A stretch of DNA of 64,000 nt from Chlorokybus atmophyticus (GCA_009103225.1 RHPI01002533.1:1233842-1297841); one strand, 5' to 3'; shown: positions 38,237-52,385, numbered from the stretch's first letter. The notes: generated by a model not told the origin, from the sequence alone. Program-made: numbers and translations.

Positions 38237-39503
38237 GGTAAGAACATGGTTTGCAGTGTTGACACTCACACAATGCAACCACTTTGTCCTTGCGCGCAGA
38301 AGGTGGGTGAGGAGGAGGAGACCTGAACAGCTGCTGGTTGTAGTGCTGTCAAGGTCAAGGTCAAGGTCACAAGCTCCATATGAATAACCATGGTCATGTA
38401 CTTGTGTACATATCACTCATACGGTGTTTTCAAGTAGTGATCTAGGTGACGAAAAATTCGGCATCTTCCTACTCGAATGGCTCGTGGCTTGCTACCCAAT
38501 CGCATTTCTCTGTTGAACACAATGCTCTACGCTTCTTTCAACAATGTAGAGTTTGCGGGTAGTGTAAACCCGGTGTGTCATGGGGTTGGATGCAGGAAAG
38601 TGTGCATGCAGCACTTGGGCATGGTGTGCCATTGTGTTATTTAGCAACACTCGCAGCAACTGAACCGATGTGCACTAAAGAGAACAAGGGGAGTGCTAAT
38701 GCAAGTGCAATGCTTGTACAAGCCAGCAGTGTTATGCTTTGATTGTGTGCAGTAACGTCCTTGGCCTATCTTGCACTCATGACAGCCTATGCTGCACACG
38801 ACATGGCCAAATGCAACTTGCAATACAGAAAATCGCCTGCACTGTGATGCAGGCTGGGGTTTCAGCAGAAGTCACACGTGGTCTGCTGCAATTTGATGTG
38901 CTCCACCACATATGATAAAATAGAGGGGCCGCAAAGTACAGCAAACTTGCACAGCAGACCGCGCATGTACACAGGTGGCCCCAACTACTAACTTCAGCAC
39001 AAAACAGTCGCATGCTCGAAATGGTGGCCATTACACCGCAACTCACAACTAGCGTTTAAGTACTTTGTGATGAATTTGCACGAGGAGGATTGCATGCCGT
39101 GGAAAGGAACTTGCTATGCTTTGTGCATGTGGGGTCGCGTGAAATCCATCGGGATGCTGTACAGGAAATGCGAGAGAGGTATGCCCATTCACACCACACC
39201 ACGCATGCAACACTCTGCAGAACACACTCACCTCGTGCTGTATGTGCACACACTGTCGTCTGTTATTCAACAGCGAGCAAACTGGCTTCGTGCCAAATCA
39301 GCCGGGCGAGAGATTTAGTTGCGTCAACTTGGCAAGGATGACACACGAGAAGATGTAGTGGTGACACATGTGCTGTGCGATGTGCTGTGCTAGGTATAGT
39401 GATAGACCTCACAGCTGAACAAGTACATTTATCAGCATAGACTTGTTCATTCTGTACAGACATGTATTATTCACAAGTTAAGAGTCAGTGCATGTGCAAT
39501 GTA

Positions 39504-41256
39504 TCACTCCTCGATGGAGATGCGACTCAATGAATCAGTGCTTCTCTGCTCTGCTGAAGCTGTCCTTCCTGACTTAGGGACAGGGCGTGGCGTCCGCGCG
39601 GGGCTCCACCGCTCGTCGTCGCTCATGTCCGCTACCAACGGGCTCAGCGCAGGGGATGAGAACCGCTTCTGCAGTTTCACCATCAGCGGCAGCATGGTGT
39701 AATACAACCCTGCTAAGATCAGTGGCGACACCAGTGCCCACCCGATGATCTGCGGCACAGTTGTGATGACATGAGACTGAGAAGCAACACACCATTGCAT
39801 ACATCAACAAGAACAAGCTGCGGCCAGGGAACTAGCATCAGCACAGCTTAGTTGTTGAAAGGGCTGCACTTACCGCATACATCATGCCGCGTAGAGCCAG
39901 AGATGGGTTTTCTAACAGCGCCTTCCATAGTTCAGAAGGCGACAAAGGGATTGGCTTGGCGCGGCACACAAACTCACCCAACTTCATAAGTGGCAGCGCC
40001 AAGCTGAGAGGAGAGCAAACCCAGAGAAACCATAATCAGCTTACCAATCTGAACACAGTACCAGTGCCATACACATGTGGCAACAGTCTCATCTACCTGA
40101 CTTCGATGGGTGTCACGAGCATGTTGGCGATCAGCATTGTGGGGGCGTGCGTGCGGCTGCGCAGGCAGTACGCGAGTGCCAAGCACAGCAACGCGGTCAC
40201 GCCAACAATTGGGAACAACCCAGCGTCTGCGCCCAGCGCGAGCGACAGTGCAAGATGCTTCGGCTCTGCACCACTGCACAGCACCACAGCATGACAGTTG
40301 GTGACAACAACATGAGAACACGAAGCGTGCAAGGGAAGTGCGTGAAGCACACACGACCGGCAGTGACTGCTGCATGGCCTCCAAGACGCTGCCGCACACA
40401 GGTTGCAACCACTACAACTTGCCACAACATGTACACCCACTGGATGCATATTGAGCTGTCTCCATTGCTTGACCCCCCCTTCCCCCCCCCCTTCCACTTG
40501 CCATTGGGGAAGGGTGCTCGCGGTTGATCACGTTGAACGTGAGCTGCTGCCGGCGCGTGANNNNNNNNNNNNNNNNNNNNNNNNNNNNNNNNNNNNNNNN
40601 NNNNNNNNNNNNNNNNNNNNNNNNNNNNNNNNNNNNNNNNNNNNNNNNNNNNNNNNNNNNNNNNNNNNNNNNNNNNNNNNNNNNNNNNNNNNNNNNNNNN
40701 NNNNNNNNNNNNNNNNNNNNNNNNNNNNNNNNNNNNNNNNNNNNNNNNNNNNNNNNNNNNNNNNNNNNNNNNNNNNNNNNNNNNNNNNNNNNNNNNNNNN
40801 NNNNNNNNNNNNNNAGGTTGAACCAAGTGGAAGATGTGCTTTCCGACTTGACGGACGTGCTCCAGCTTACCAACTGCAAGCCATGCAGACAAGACAAAGC
40901 ATGCAAGCTCGTGGTTCTGAATTATTTGTTACTGCAGACATAGTGCTGTGCCGGCTAGCACAGCATGCGGTCCTCATGTTTACTGCACACGGGGTCCAAC
41001 TAGCAACTTCAGAGTGAGGCGACAGAAAAACCCAATAGCCCACAGTTTGACAGGGTAGCACACCAACGACAGATGGCAATTGCTTTGCTATTGTCTCTCA
41101 CCGCTTTAGCATGGTGCGGAGAGGGTCAGCGACCTTCCTTTTGAACCAGCCGGACAGCCCACGCCCCTTGCTGCTGCTGTTGCGGAGCTCATCATCGTCG
41201 TCATTGCCCGAGACGAGCGGGTCCTCGGCACGGGGCGACGGCAGCGGCGGCGCCAT
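39504..41256 (-). CDS. DUF2062-like membrane protein (plant-type); intron 1 spans the assembly gap
   Basis: WFKRKVADPLRTMLKR|GAEPKHLALSLALG...FPIVGVT...HAPTMLIANMLVTPIE...LMKLGE...GWALVSP, matching the plant RRGAEPKQLAFS family. Splice phases are consistent. Confidence 0.8.
40496..40560 (+). repeat. Exact 65-bp copy of FBXL exon sequence 33878-33942, abutting the gap
   Basis: acttgccattggggaagggtgctcgcgg...ccggcgcgtga is identical at both sites. Confidence 0.9.
40561..40815. other. Assembly gap (255 N)
   Basis: Run of N. Confidence 0.99.
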
Positions 41257-41521
41257 CACCCCTCCCTGCGGCGACCTTATTCTGTATTGCATACACAGCG
41301 TGCCTCTGCCTGAGCAGCAACTTATTCCTCCACGAACGACGACGACTGTGACTACAACGACGACGACGAGGAGGAGAACATCCACGGGAGCAGCAACCTC
41401 CACGCCCACAGAGCCGTCGTCGCCGCCCTGCCGAGCTTGCCCCGCCGCCCACAAAGCGGATCTCACCAGCAATTTCACTGTGGATGATGGCGAAGTTGCT
41501 AGCTAGAGTGTAGCTGTGAGT

Positions 41522-44500
41522 ATGGGTGAGGGCGGCGGCGGAGGCGGCGACGTGCTCAGGAGCGTCAACGGCGAGGCAGCCGCTCAGCAGCACCTTGCTG
41601 CTAAGCAGCTTGCGGAGGTGTACGAGGTGCGTCAAACGGCCAGGTTTATTGTCGCCAACAACTTCAGCCGTGTGGCCCTGCAGGTAGCGAGAGTTAAACT
41701 ATTATGAACCATAAATTATCAACTATAGCTTACACATGTGTAATTCACTTCAATGGTGTGTTACACTTCACTCCGCATTCCCTGTTCCAGGAGATGATGA
41801 ATTTTGTGTCCACAGTAGGTTGCGTGCTAGTTAGAAAGCTGGCCGAAGCTTTTGCTGTACAAGCTCTGCTTCTGCTATTGCTAGAAGGTTGTACGTTGCA
41901 CGGTTCTGACAACACGGGGTATCAAGGCTGTGAAGTGAGTGTGCTTGTTGATGCATGCTGTCCTTCAACTGCGTCGTGCAAGCATCCATGACAATGCCAA
42001 CTTGTTAGCGGCATGCAGTTTCTTTTGTGTATGCTGCTTACGTTACTACAGAAGCGTGCAAGGTTGCGCCTTAGCCCCTTGCTGTTGCATGCATAGCTTG
42101 TGCTGCAAGGCTGTTGATGCGTTCATCTCAAGTTACATGCTACAGTCTGGTTGGGGTGGTTGTTGGGTGTGCACTTTTTAAACATGCATGCATGCGCGAG
42201 GGTGGAAGGCAGTTTTACGACATGTGTCTTGTTCTGTCAGCAGTTATTCAACAGATCGTCCGTTTGCAGTTCCCAGATGAGCTGTTGAAAGATGCCACCG
42301 CTGTGACTGCTGCGCTGAAGGCCGAATGCAGTCAGCTTAGAGAATCACAAGGTAGCTCTGTAGTACCTGCGCCAGATGTTGGGTGCACCCGTGTAGCAAC
42401 CAACCACCACGCAACATTGTTATGTAACCTTAGTTGCCTGCGGCTTAATGTCTATTGCTCACAGGTGCATGTGGTTTTCAATTCAGGTGTTGATGCTGCC
42501 CCCCCTGCACCGAAGCTGTTTGTGCTAGCCGACACAACATTCGGGTCATGTTGTGTGGATGAAGTGGCTGCTAGCCATCTGTCTGCGGACTGTGTCGTAC
42601 ACTATGGCCACACGTGCCTCAGCCCGTAAGCCAGCATCATGCATTTCTGTTGCTGTGTTGCTTGTGACAGCCAACCTGAACAGCAGTTCTGGTTTGGACT
42701 TTGACTGTGCATGTGCTCTCAGATGCTCGCGCTTACCTGTCCGGTTTGTCTTTGGAAGAGCTCCGCTCAACACGGGCAACTGTTCCGATCACCTCCTTCA
42801 ATTTGCTAAAACACACGCGCAAGTGCTGGTACGCTTCAGCTTGTAATATTTCCACTGTGATACTGTTTTTGCATAGCAATGTAGTAACCACCACACTGAA
42901 GTACATCACAGTTGGCTGCTAGCTCAATCACTGGCAGTGTTGTGGCGACATGCTCATTTATTTATGGCAGGTGTTGTATGCGCTCGAGTACGCTTACAAG
43001 ATTGAAGAGTTAATGCTTTCAATTGTGGGACGTTGGGAGCTTGGAGACCTGCCGCTTATTGCGGATGTTTCAAATGCAGAGATGTTTCCTTCTGCAAGTA
43101 CTGGAGCAAACACATCAACAGCGAGCAGTTTGCGAGCTGATGATGCTGAGCACCGCACAGCTGGCAGTGCAACCACTCCCATGTCAGAGCTTGCAGAAGG
43201 CCTTGAGAGAGTGTCGCTTCCGAGTGCACCGCCGCGAGAACCCGATAGCAACGATGGACTGGAGCAGAGCTGTCAACAACATGCTCTTGGCGGGTTGACG
43301 TGGTCACTGCCAGCTGGTCACATGATGGAAGACTACAACATAGTGTGGATTGGCGGTGAAGGTCCAGCGCTGACCAACCTCATGATGACGTACAACAAGT
43401 GTGAGGCAGGTTCAGTATTGGCCTGCAATGCCAATGTGCTTTGTGTGATGTCGTTCAGTTTAGCTCACCGACTGGTGTGTTGCAGTTTGCAATGTATGAT
43501 CCATCATCACGTCAGCTGCGCTCGCACGAAGCGCAGCAGAGCAAGGCGTTGATGAGGCGGTACTATCTGGTGGAGAAAGCAAAAGATGCCAACATCGTCG
43601 GCATCGTTGTCGGCACCCTCGGCGTTGCCGGCTACCTGCAAGCAGTTCAGCGCCTCCGCTCGCTAATAGAGCAAGCTGGCAAGAAGTCCTACTTGCTCGT
43701 GACAGGTGCAACATGGAGGGTATTGATAACGATATCCGTGTACTTGCACGCATGATGATGATGCTCGTGTATTCCCATGCAATGTGCTATGCAAACCTAT
43801 CTTACTTCTTGCCAGGGCGCCCGACTCCAGTGAAGCTCGCAAACTTGCCGGAGTGTGAAGTTTGGGTGTTGGTTGCATGCACACAGACCGCGCTTCTTGA
43901 CAGCAAAGACTTCATGGCGCCAATCATCACCCCGTTTGAAGCTGAACTGGCTTTCACGCCTGGCCTCATGTGGACCGGCGCGTACCGACTGGACTTCGCC
44001 AGCTTGGCTGTTGGGCAGACGGCGCCACGTGCGCAACCCACAACATCATTAGCTGAGCGTGGAAATGACGATGATGACAATGACGAGCCGCACTTCTCTC
44101 TCGTTTCTGGAGGATACCGCAGTTCTACTACAACTGGTTTGCAAGGTCAGCTTGAGTTTCAAAACAACATGTGTACGCTGATGCCATATATGCAATCACA
44201 GCTGTGAGCCATTCCAAAAAAAATCCAACTGTGGTTTTGGTTGTTGTATTGCCGGTTGGACTAAACTACTGCTGCTCTGTGCAGATGTCAGTTCAACTGC
44301 GCTGGTGCAACGAGCGGATACGCAGCTTTCAACAAGAGAGCATCCTTCTGCGCTGGCAGTAAGCAGTACCGGCAAGGATGTGGAAGTGCGCTCCGGTGCA
44401 GAGTACTTGCTTCACAGGCGCAGTTATACGGGGCTACAGTATGCTAAACCAGTTGATGAGAATGGGGATGAGGCTAGCTATGCTGCAGTGCAGGGAAGGA

Positions 44501-44538
44501 CAGGGCGTGCAGCTGCATACGCTGATGAGACAAGATGA
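41522..44538 (+). CDS. DPH2: Diphthamide biosynthesis protein 2
   Basis: VALQ|[27 protein letters not shown]...[69 protein letters not shown]. Confidence 0.93.
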
Positions 44539-45123
44539 TAATGCATATGATGGTTGGCTTACACATGTTGCGGATTGCATGGGCTTGCCCGTGCAGATGC
44601 ATCGCCGCACACGACAGGGAATGCATGCCTTGTGTGCACGGACACTTGACCAGTGAGCAGAAAATCACTGATGCTTTAGCAAAAACTTGAAAGTTAACTC
44701 AGTAAGTAATGTAGCCAGCTGGTGAGATCCTGGCAGATTACATGGTTGTGTTGCACTCGTCACATGAACGCACGCACCCATCCGAGGCGCTCTCCCTGCC
44801 TCATTGCAAGCATCATAACGTGTTTCCCCCCCCCGCCCCCCTTCCCGCACTAACGTGAGCCGCAACGTTGCAGACACGAACGTTCAGTTGTCGCGTGTCG
44901 CCGTAGTTGCGTGGCAATAGGCTTGCTAAGTACGACACGTGTCGCACGAGGAGCACTCTACCAGTCCGTCTAAGTCATAGACGCCTCCGGCGGCGGCGGC
45001 GGCGAAGCGGCGGCCAGCATGCAGTCATGCAGCGGGAAGCAGCGTTTAGGGTGGCATCGCCTAGTGGCTGAAGGTTTTGCGCGTCAGTCACAGCGCTAGC
45101 GCTGCTGCCAAGGGGTCGCCGCC

Positions 45124-46761
45124 ATGGGCGTCGTCAAGAAGGCGCCCAAGGCGGCGGACAAGCTGTACAGCAGGGGCGTGCTGATGACACCGAAGAGGTT
45201 TGACGAGCTGAAGGTTATGCATGAGACGCCCAGCAAGGATAAGCTGGAGGAGGTGCAGGAAGACGCTGCCGCTGGCCCCAGCGGACATGAGCACAGCGAT
45301 GATGATGATGGCCAGCAGGAGAAGCCGAGCTACAAGATGGTCGTGCTGAACGTCCCGTCAGACGACACCGCCCACTGGGTGGACAACCTGTTGAGCTCGG
45401 AGGTTGTCGGCGCTGCTTGGAGGGAGGTCCCTGTGGTCATGGCCCCTGCTGACAAGAAGTCCAAGGAGAGGAAGAAGCAGAAGCAACAGGACGAAAAGCA
45501 GTTCAAGAATCTCAAGCAGTACCTGCGGGATCACCAACCAGACGTGGTGCTGCTGCAGCTCCACCAGCGGAAGAATCAGGTCGAGGGTGTAGCCGATGAC
45601 CAGCTGGCGGACATGGAGAAGGCCATCATTGCCCTCTGCACCCTCCTAGCCTTGCCGCTGGTCACCCTCGCACCCACCAGCGCATTGGCGCAGCAGGCGG
45701 CCTTGTGCACAGCGAACACTTGGCCCGTGTTTGTCCAGCCTGCTCAAGTCTGCGATGTAAGTGTGTTGACAGTGTGCTTGGCGTGCAATGCGATTGGGAT
45801 TTTGTTGGTTGGACAAACCAACGGAGGCTTTTGGTGGCGTACAAGGACAGCAAGCAAGCAGTTATGCAGTTTATGTGCATGCGCGTCATGCTTTAGTGGG
45901 CATGTTGATACCTGTGTGTGCATACATGTAACTGGCGGGAAAGATGAACCGGGCGGGGTGCGGGGGGGTGGGGGGGTGGGTGGGGTGTACAATCTTATGC
46001 TGCACACCTGTCTTGGTCTTGATGACATTGGCAACCATGAAAGCACAGTCGTTGATGGTTGCAGGTGATTTTGCACTGCACTGTCCAGTTGCTGTGCACA
46101 GGCTGCTTGGTCCATTGCATTGAATGTGCGCTGACTCGGCAACATGTTCCTTTGCTGTACTGTGCCTTTGATGTAGCGGCACAATGACTAGTTGTCTTCG
46201 TGTGTGCAGTACTTCAAGACAGAGCTGCCAAGGTTGCTGGCAACGCGCAAGGCAATAGAGGAAGACATCAAGGTCAAGACAGAGAAGTATGGCAAGGTGG
46301 AGGTGGCCACACATTTCCTGAAGCGGGCAAGTGTAGCGCTTGTGCCATTTGGAGTTCTTGCTGTGAACTTCCTCGGCATTTGTCGGTTGGTGGCCAAGAT
46401 GATGAAAAAAGTGGGCATGATGTCCGACAAGACCACGCGCACAGCAGCGCAGAAAGAGGGCTCCATGGTGCTGGCAAAGGGTTACATGTGGGAGACGATG
46501 GGTGATGCGTACCAATACGCGCTGTATGCAACTGTGTTGGTTGACTTTGCCCATGAGGCGCAGTCGGCGGGCATGCTCGCTGCGCTCAGCAGCATTAGCG
46601 TAGCTGATGGCTTCCTGCTCGGCAGCGTGAGTGTTGTTACTGGCGTTATCTCTACCTGGACCGCCGTCAAGTACAGGCCGCAGCTGGTAACGGAGATTGT
46701 GCGCGTGTTGACTTTTCTTCAGCTGCTGTGCGTGCAAAACCCAAAGCTGCTCAGGGAGTAG
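45124..46761 (+). CDS. Uncharacterised protein with a hydrophobic, possibly DUF697-like C-terminus
   Basis: Strong GC3 codon bias over 45124-45756 and 46211-46761, joined by a phase-0 gtaagt...tgcag intron. No family recognised with certainty. Confidence 0.7.
45951..45985 (+). repeat. Intronic G-tract cluster (G-quadruplex-forming potential)
   Basis: gggcggggtgcgggggggtgggggggtgggtgggg has at least five runs of 3 or more G. Confidence 0.6.
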
Positions 46762-48259
46762 GTTGGTGCTGCTGTTGGCTCCCAGCTGCATATTTCAACA
46801 CTGTCGCAGTGGTTGATATGCACAAAGACCAGCGCACAGGAGTACATATGTCTGTCAATTGATGTTGACATGGGGTAGTTGTAGGAAGGTAGATAGGGTG
46901 TATTGGTAAGTAGGTCTTGTGTATATGTGCATACGTAGGTAGCTGCAGCTAACTTGTTAGGGCAGGCTTGAACCTGCACGCATATCCTAGTAACTGATTG
47001 GCTGCAAAGTGACGATGCACTGCAGGTCTGTGCAAAATCAGTTTGTCGCTAGGTACTGGTCTGTATTAAAGTCTTTCCACAACTTTACAGCACACCAGTA
47101 AAAGTTGTTGCAGCTCTCTTTTCATGGTATGTTCGTATTGCAATTCCACACACTGGTAGTTGGCACCCCCACAGGCAACCACGACAGTGTCGCCTGCAAA
47201 GCTACATTGGATATGAGTGTGCGCGCCTGCCACTCAGTCGTAGTGTCCTGATTTGGTCTCAGATTTACGTGCAACGCATCTGGCACTCATGCACTGCCGT
47301 TCCTGCACAAGCTAGTGCGCAGCAAGCCACAGACCAAACCATGTGGGACAGCAGTATTGACAACGGGCCTCAGCCAGGAGGTGTTGTTGCAAACCCACTG
47401 GAAGGAGCATGCCGGGAGGTATGCAGAGGCAAGCAGCAGCAGGAATACATGCATTCCTGCACTAGTAAGAAGTGGACAGTGTTCCTGCAAGGTTCACCGT
47501 AACTGCACTGAAGTATGCGCCAGCATCATCGCACAAACCCTAGCAGGTTATGCAATGCCCCCCCCGCCACCAAGCGAGCAAAGGCGTCGAGCACGCATGC
47601 AAACAAACGAGCCATTCACATAGGACGCACCCATGCCTGACAATATTGTGCCAACACGCAGTGTAGATCTGGGGAGTGCGGGGCAGAGCAGGATGGACGA
47701 GGCTGCATTGTGTGCAGGCAGGCAGGCATCATGCACGCAGTGCGCTGAGCAATTATATTTAGCACACAACACCTTATTTTATGCAAGGCTTGAAGTAGGC
47801 TCATAGTTACCGAACCCACTACAGCAACCATTACAGAAAACCAGCCAGGCAATCAGTAACCTGCCTGTGTTGTTGGCCAAAACCAGCTGTGACAGCTGCC
47901 ACAGCTGGTTGTGGCAGTGCCGGACCAAGGCACCAAGCTTGCAGTGCGAATCAGCTGCTTGCAAGTAAGAAGTTCAAAGGGTACCGGCTTACAGACACAG
48001 AGTGTGCTTGAGCTTGGCCTGCGTCCACCTAGCGCCGCCACCGCCGCCGCCGCCACCACCACTTCGCCCCACCTTCCTCGCTGCAAACTGGCTTCCGCAC
48101 GGAAACAGTGCAGCGTTCGTAGTTGGCTTCCAGTCAGTCTTTCATTGAGCTCGCCCGCAAGTAGCGAAATCGGCGGAGCTTGCTTGGCAGTGTCTAAGCT
48201 TGGAGCTGTGTGCATGCATGTGACTGTGCTGGCGAGGCGGTGCTGTGGAATGAGCAGAG

Positions 48260-51200
48260 ATGGCTAACATGTCGGTTTGCGTGAGGGTGAGGCGTCTGAG
48301 CCAGACGGAGCGAGCGCGCAGCTGCGCCAGCTGCGTGAAGAGCGTGCAAGGCAGCGACACCACACTCCGAGTGGAGGTGAGAGTGCTGCTGGTTCTGACA
48401 TGAAGAGCATGGCTGAAACACTGACTCGAAAGATTTAGAAACTATGCGTAGAGCATGTTAACATTGAGCACAGCTGCTTGTGTGCAAGCATGCTCTGCAC
48501 TGAGGCTGCTTGCACATGCGGTACACACTATGTTCTTGAGCCCCATGTTTGGGGCAAGTGTTTGTCAGTTCAGGTGTTTGACGTGTGATGTTCTATATGA
48601 TGTTCTGTTGCACCTTCTTGCAAATGTTTGTCAACTGTGGCTGTTGCTGCGGCAGGAACAAGAAGGACAGCCCGAGCCCACCTTGTTCACCTTTGATAGA
48701 GTGTTTAACCAGGAGTCCAAGCAAAGTGAGGTACCAGTGTTATGTCCTATAGCGCTGTGGTAACAGAGCTGTGGTTGCAAACACTAGTACTAATATGCAC
48801 ACCTCAGAGTGCTTTAAGCGGAGGTGTAGACCAGTTCTAAGTTCGTGTGATGCTTTCAGGTGTTTCAGTTCGTTGGGGAGCCAATTGTCGAAGGTATGGC
48901 CTGTGCACCGTGTAACTTGTTGAATTTCGAGATACTTGTCATCGCAATGAACACTATATTGCTATCTCAGCGTGCTCGTGCATGTTGTCTGCTGCTTGCA
49001 GCACCTTGTCGAGTCCTTCCAAAGCACTGCATTGCACATCGCTCAATACCATTCCCTAGCACAGTGGCCCAAAGTCTTTGCAATGTCTCTATGAACTCAA
49101 TGGTGGTGATTTGGTAGACGTTCTTCGAGGGTACAATGGGACAATCTTGGCTTACGGCCAAACTGGTGCTGGCAAGACCCACACAATGGAGGTGACTGCA
49201 CACTTGAAGGCACTGCTGTTAGGTCTTGCACCTAAAGTCGTAAACAAATACCTTATGACAGCAGCATGACAGCCTAGCACCACATGTCTTGTCTGCTTGC
49301 TCACAGAGACACAATGTTACCAGCAAAGTTGACTCTAGCACGAGTTCACTCACATGCACGCAGAATAGCTAGCGTCTATCTGGCGTAGCCGTCGAGCCAG
49401 AAAGATGGAAGTGTGTGGGGAGTGTGTTCAACAGCACCCCCGGGCTCCAAGGCCTTGCGCTAATTCAAGTGTCCTGGTCATGACTGTCGTCGTTGGATGC
49501 CATGTCAGGGCGACCTGCAAGACCCTGCGTTGCGAGGCATCATACCACGCATAGCAACTGCCATCTTTACGGGTGTTGAGAAGTCAGACGCAAGCTGCGA
49601 GTTTGTCATCAAGCTGCAGATGGTAACTAGCTCAATATGCAACACTGTCATCTGCAGTCACTATCACCTACTGGGACAGTGTCGCTATGTGAGTAATGAT
49701 GCAACGTGTCCCCTCTCCCCCTGCACAGGTTGAAATCTATATGGAGAGCATCAGGTGCGCACGAGCCGCACATGCTGCTGTCTGCCTTGGAGAAGCAGGC
49801 TGTCAATGGTGGCTTCTCTTCCAGGGATTTATGTGGCAATAAGACACGTTTAACTGTGCGTGAGGACAAGGTTCGCGGCATCTACATAGCGGGCGCTACT
49901 GAGGTACTGCACAGCACTCCAAGAGTTTTTGACTACAGTCGATGTGTATAAATGTTGACAGCCATGCACCTAAGAAGCACATGTCTGGGCGATGAGCTAA
50001 CTGATTGCTGCAGGTTTACATTCAAGACGCAGCGGAGATGTGGCAATATGTGCAGATGGCCACATCAAACCGTGCAGTTGGGGCAACGCGTAAGTAGCAG
50101 TCCTGTTAGTAGCTGTCACAACCACTAGCCGGACGTCATGGCCTGCTTTTATCTGGTGGTGCTTTACAGAAATGAACCGCAACAGCAGCAGAAGCCACTG
50201 CCTGTTCGTTGTTACAGTGCAACAAACTAACACAGAGACTCTCAGGCAAGCACTAGCCAATTGTGATGTACCAAGGGGCCCTGAGTGCCAGTTCCCTCGT
50301 TTCAGGTGACCTACATTTTGTGTCCGCAGCGTCAAGACTGGCAAGCTGTACTTGGTTGACCTAGCTGGCTCTGAAAAGGTATGCTATGTAATGCGCGGTT
50401 ATTTGCTTGTGGTTGTTCTGTCCTACCCTCATGCACGCTCCGTGTGCTGTTGGCAGCCAAGCTGAACGTAAGATTCCAAATGTTATGGCCTTTTTGGCTA
50501 GGTCGAGAAAACAGGAGCAGAGGGTCTTGCACTGGACGAAGCTAAGACCATAAACAAGTCTCTCTCTGCGCTCGGCAACGTCATCAATGCGCTCACAGAC
50601 GGTACCGTGACCACTGTACTAGTGTCTGTGCAGAAGGCATTGTGCTAGTCTCCAAGTGACGGGCTGAGTAATTGGCATTGCAGGCAAGTCATCCCACGTG
50701 CCTTATCGCGACAGCAAACTTACCCGCATTCTGCAGGACTCGCTGGTAAGCCTTGCTGAACTTCTTTCAAGTCCAGGAGCTGCTATGTTCCAAGAAGCGC
50801 AGAACTTGACTAACTTGCTTACTGTGCACGCAGGGTGGTAACTCACGTACAACACTGGTGAGTTTGAGAGTACGTGTGCTGGCAGACTGCGTCTCCAAGC
50901 ACAGTTTCTTGTACATTACATGCAGGTGTGCTGCTGTTCTCCTGCGCCATATAACGTCATTGAGACCGTGTCAACTCTGCGCTTTGGGCTGAGGTTGGTG
51001 TTGTGACGAAAGGCAACCGCTACAAGCAGGGAAACCATAATCAAATTTCATTTAACGTCATGTCACGCAAGCAGTGCGACCGTTCACTGTGCGCAGGGCC
51101 AAAAACATCAAGAACAAGCCCACTGTCAACACTAAGCGCAGTCGTGCAGAACTTGAGATGCTTCTGCACAAGGCACAGATAGAATGCAGTCTTTTACGAA

Positions 51201-52385
51201 GGAGGGTGCAACATTTTGAGATGTTGGGAGCAGGAGGTGCGTTGCCTGAGCTATTGAGATACTGCCAACTCGGTGTCATGCGTGATGGTGTATATTTGTG
51301 CACGCACATGCGTGTTTGCATGGTGAGCGGGTGGGTGTCACACGGCGTGCGCTTGTGCGTACGCATGTGGGTCACTATGGTGCATGCGTGCATGCGTGCG
51401 AGTGTGAGGATGGGGCGTGGGAATTCGCGGTTCTCATGAAGAGCAACTACAGGGCCAGACGCATTAGAGGCCGCTACCAAATCAGGCTGGGAGTTGGAGA
51501 CCTGTTCTGCATCTGCACCAAGTGCTCAGTTGCAGCAGCGGATTGAAGACTTGGAATCCACTGAGAAGTCATTGAGAGAGGTTCGACCGTAGCGCATGCC
51601 ATGCCTGTGGCTGTGTCTGGCCAAGATCCACACTGCAAACGCTTCCATCAAGTTGCCATTGTTGATACCCACATCTTGCAACACGTGAATCTGCACACCG
51701 GTCATTTTGACTTGCACTTATGACTTTGGCATTGGGCAGGAGAACGCGCTCCTGCGCAACAAGATCGATGCGATCCACTCTGCAATAGAGACTGAGACCG
51801 ATTTTAACAAGACTCCAACACGGCAGCTGAACACCAGCTTGGAATCAGACGTTGTCTGCACCTCTCAAAGCAGCACGAGACCGGACTCGCCACTACCAGA
51901 GAGCCTGCAGTCCGAAGATGCCGACAGCTCCGAGATCTACCGCACAGTTGTACTACTGGAAGAGAAGCTTCAACATGTAACGGGTGACTATGAGAAGGTA
52001 CAACTGCACCCTGCTTACGTCAAGTGTTAACGACTTCTGTCTCGTACCTCTTGTGAACAACTCCAGTTGAATTCGAAGCTGCCATATTGCCAATGCCACT
52101 GCATGCTGGTTCTGATGCAATGTTAGAGTCCTAGAGGTGAAATGCATGTCTTGCTTGCAGGTATTGCACCAGAACGCCACCTTGGAGATGGAGATGCGTG
52201 TGCTGCAGCGACAACTGCAGCGGGCTGCACCGAACCACAATGCAGGTGAGTCGACTATCAGGTGCCAAGAAGCCGATCGAGCCTGGCCTTTCAACGGTAT
52301 GATTGAGTGCTTGTTGTCAAGACTAGAGACTTTGATGCTCTCATCGGGCTCCTTCTGCCAGGTTCTGCACGATCACGCGTGTTGA
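48260..52385 (+). CDS. Kinesin-1 family motor with a short tail (plant KIN1/PSS1-like)
   Basis: [31 protein letters not shown] (P-loop), [73 protein letters not shown]. The 3' end is approximate. Confidence 0.93.
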
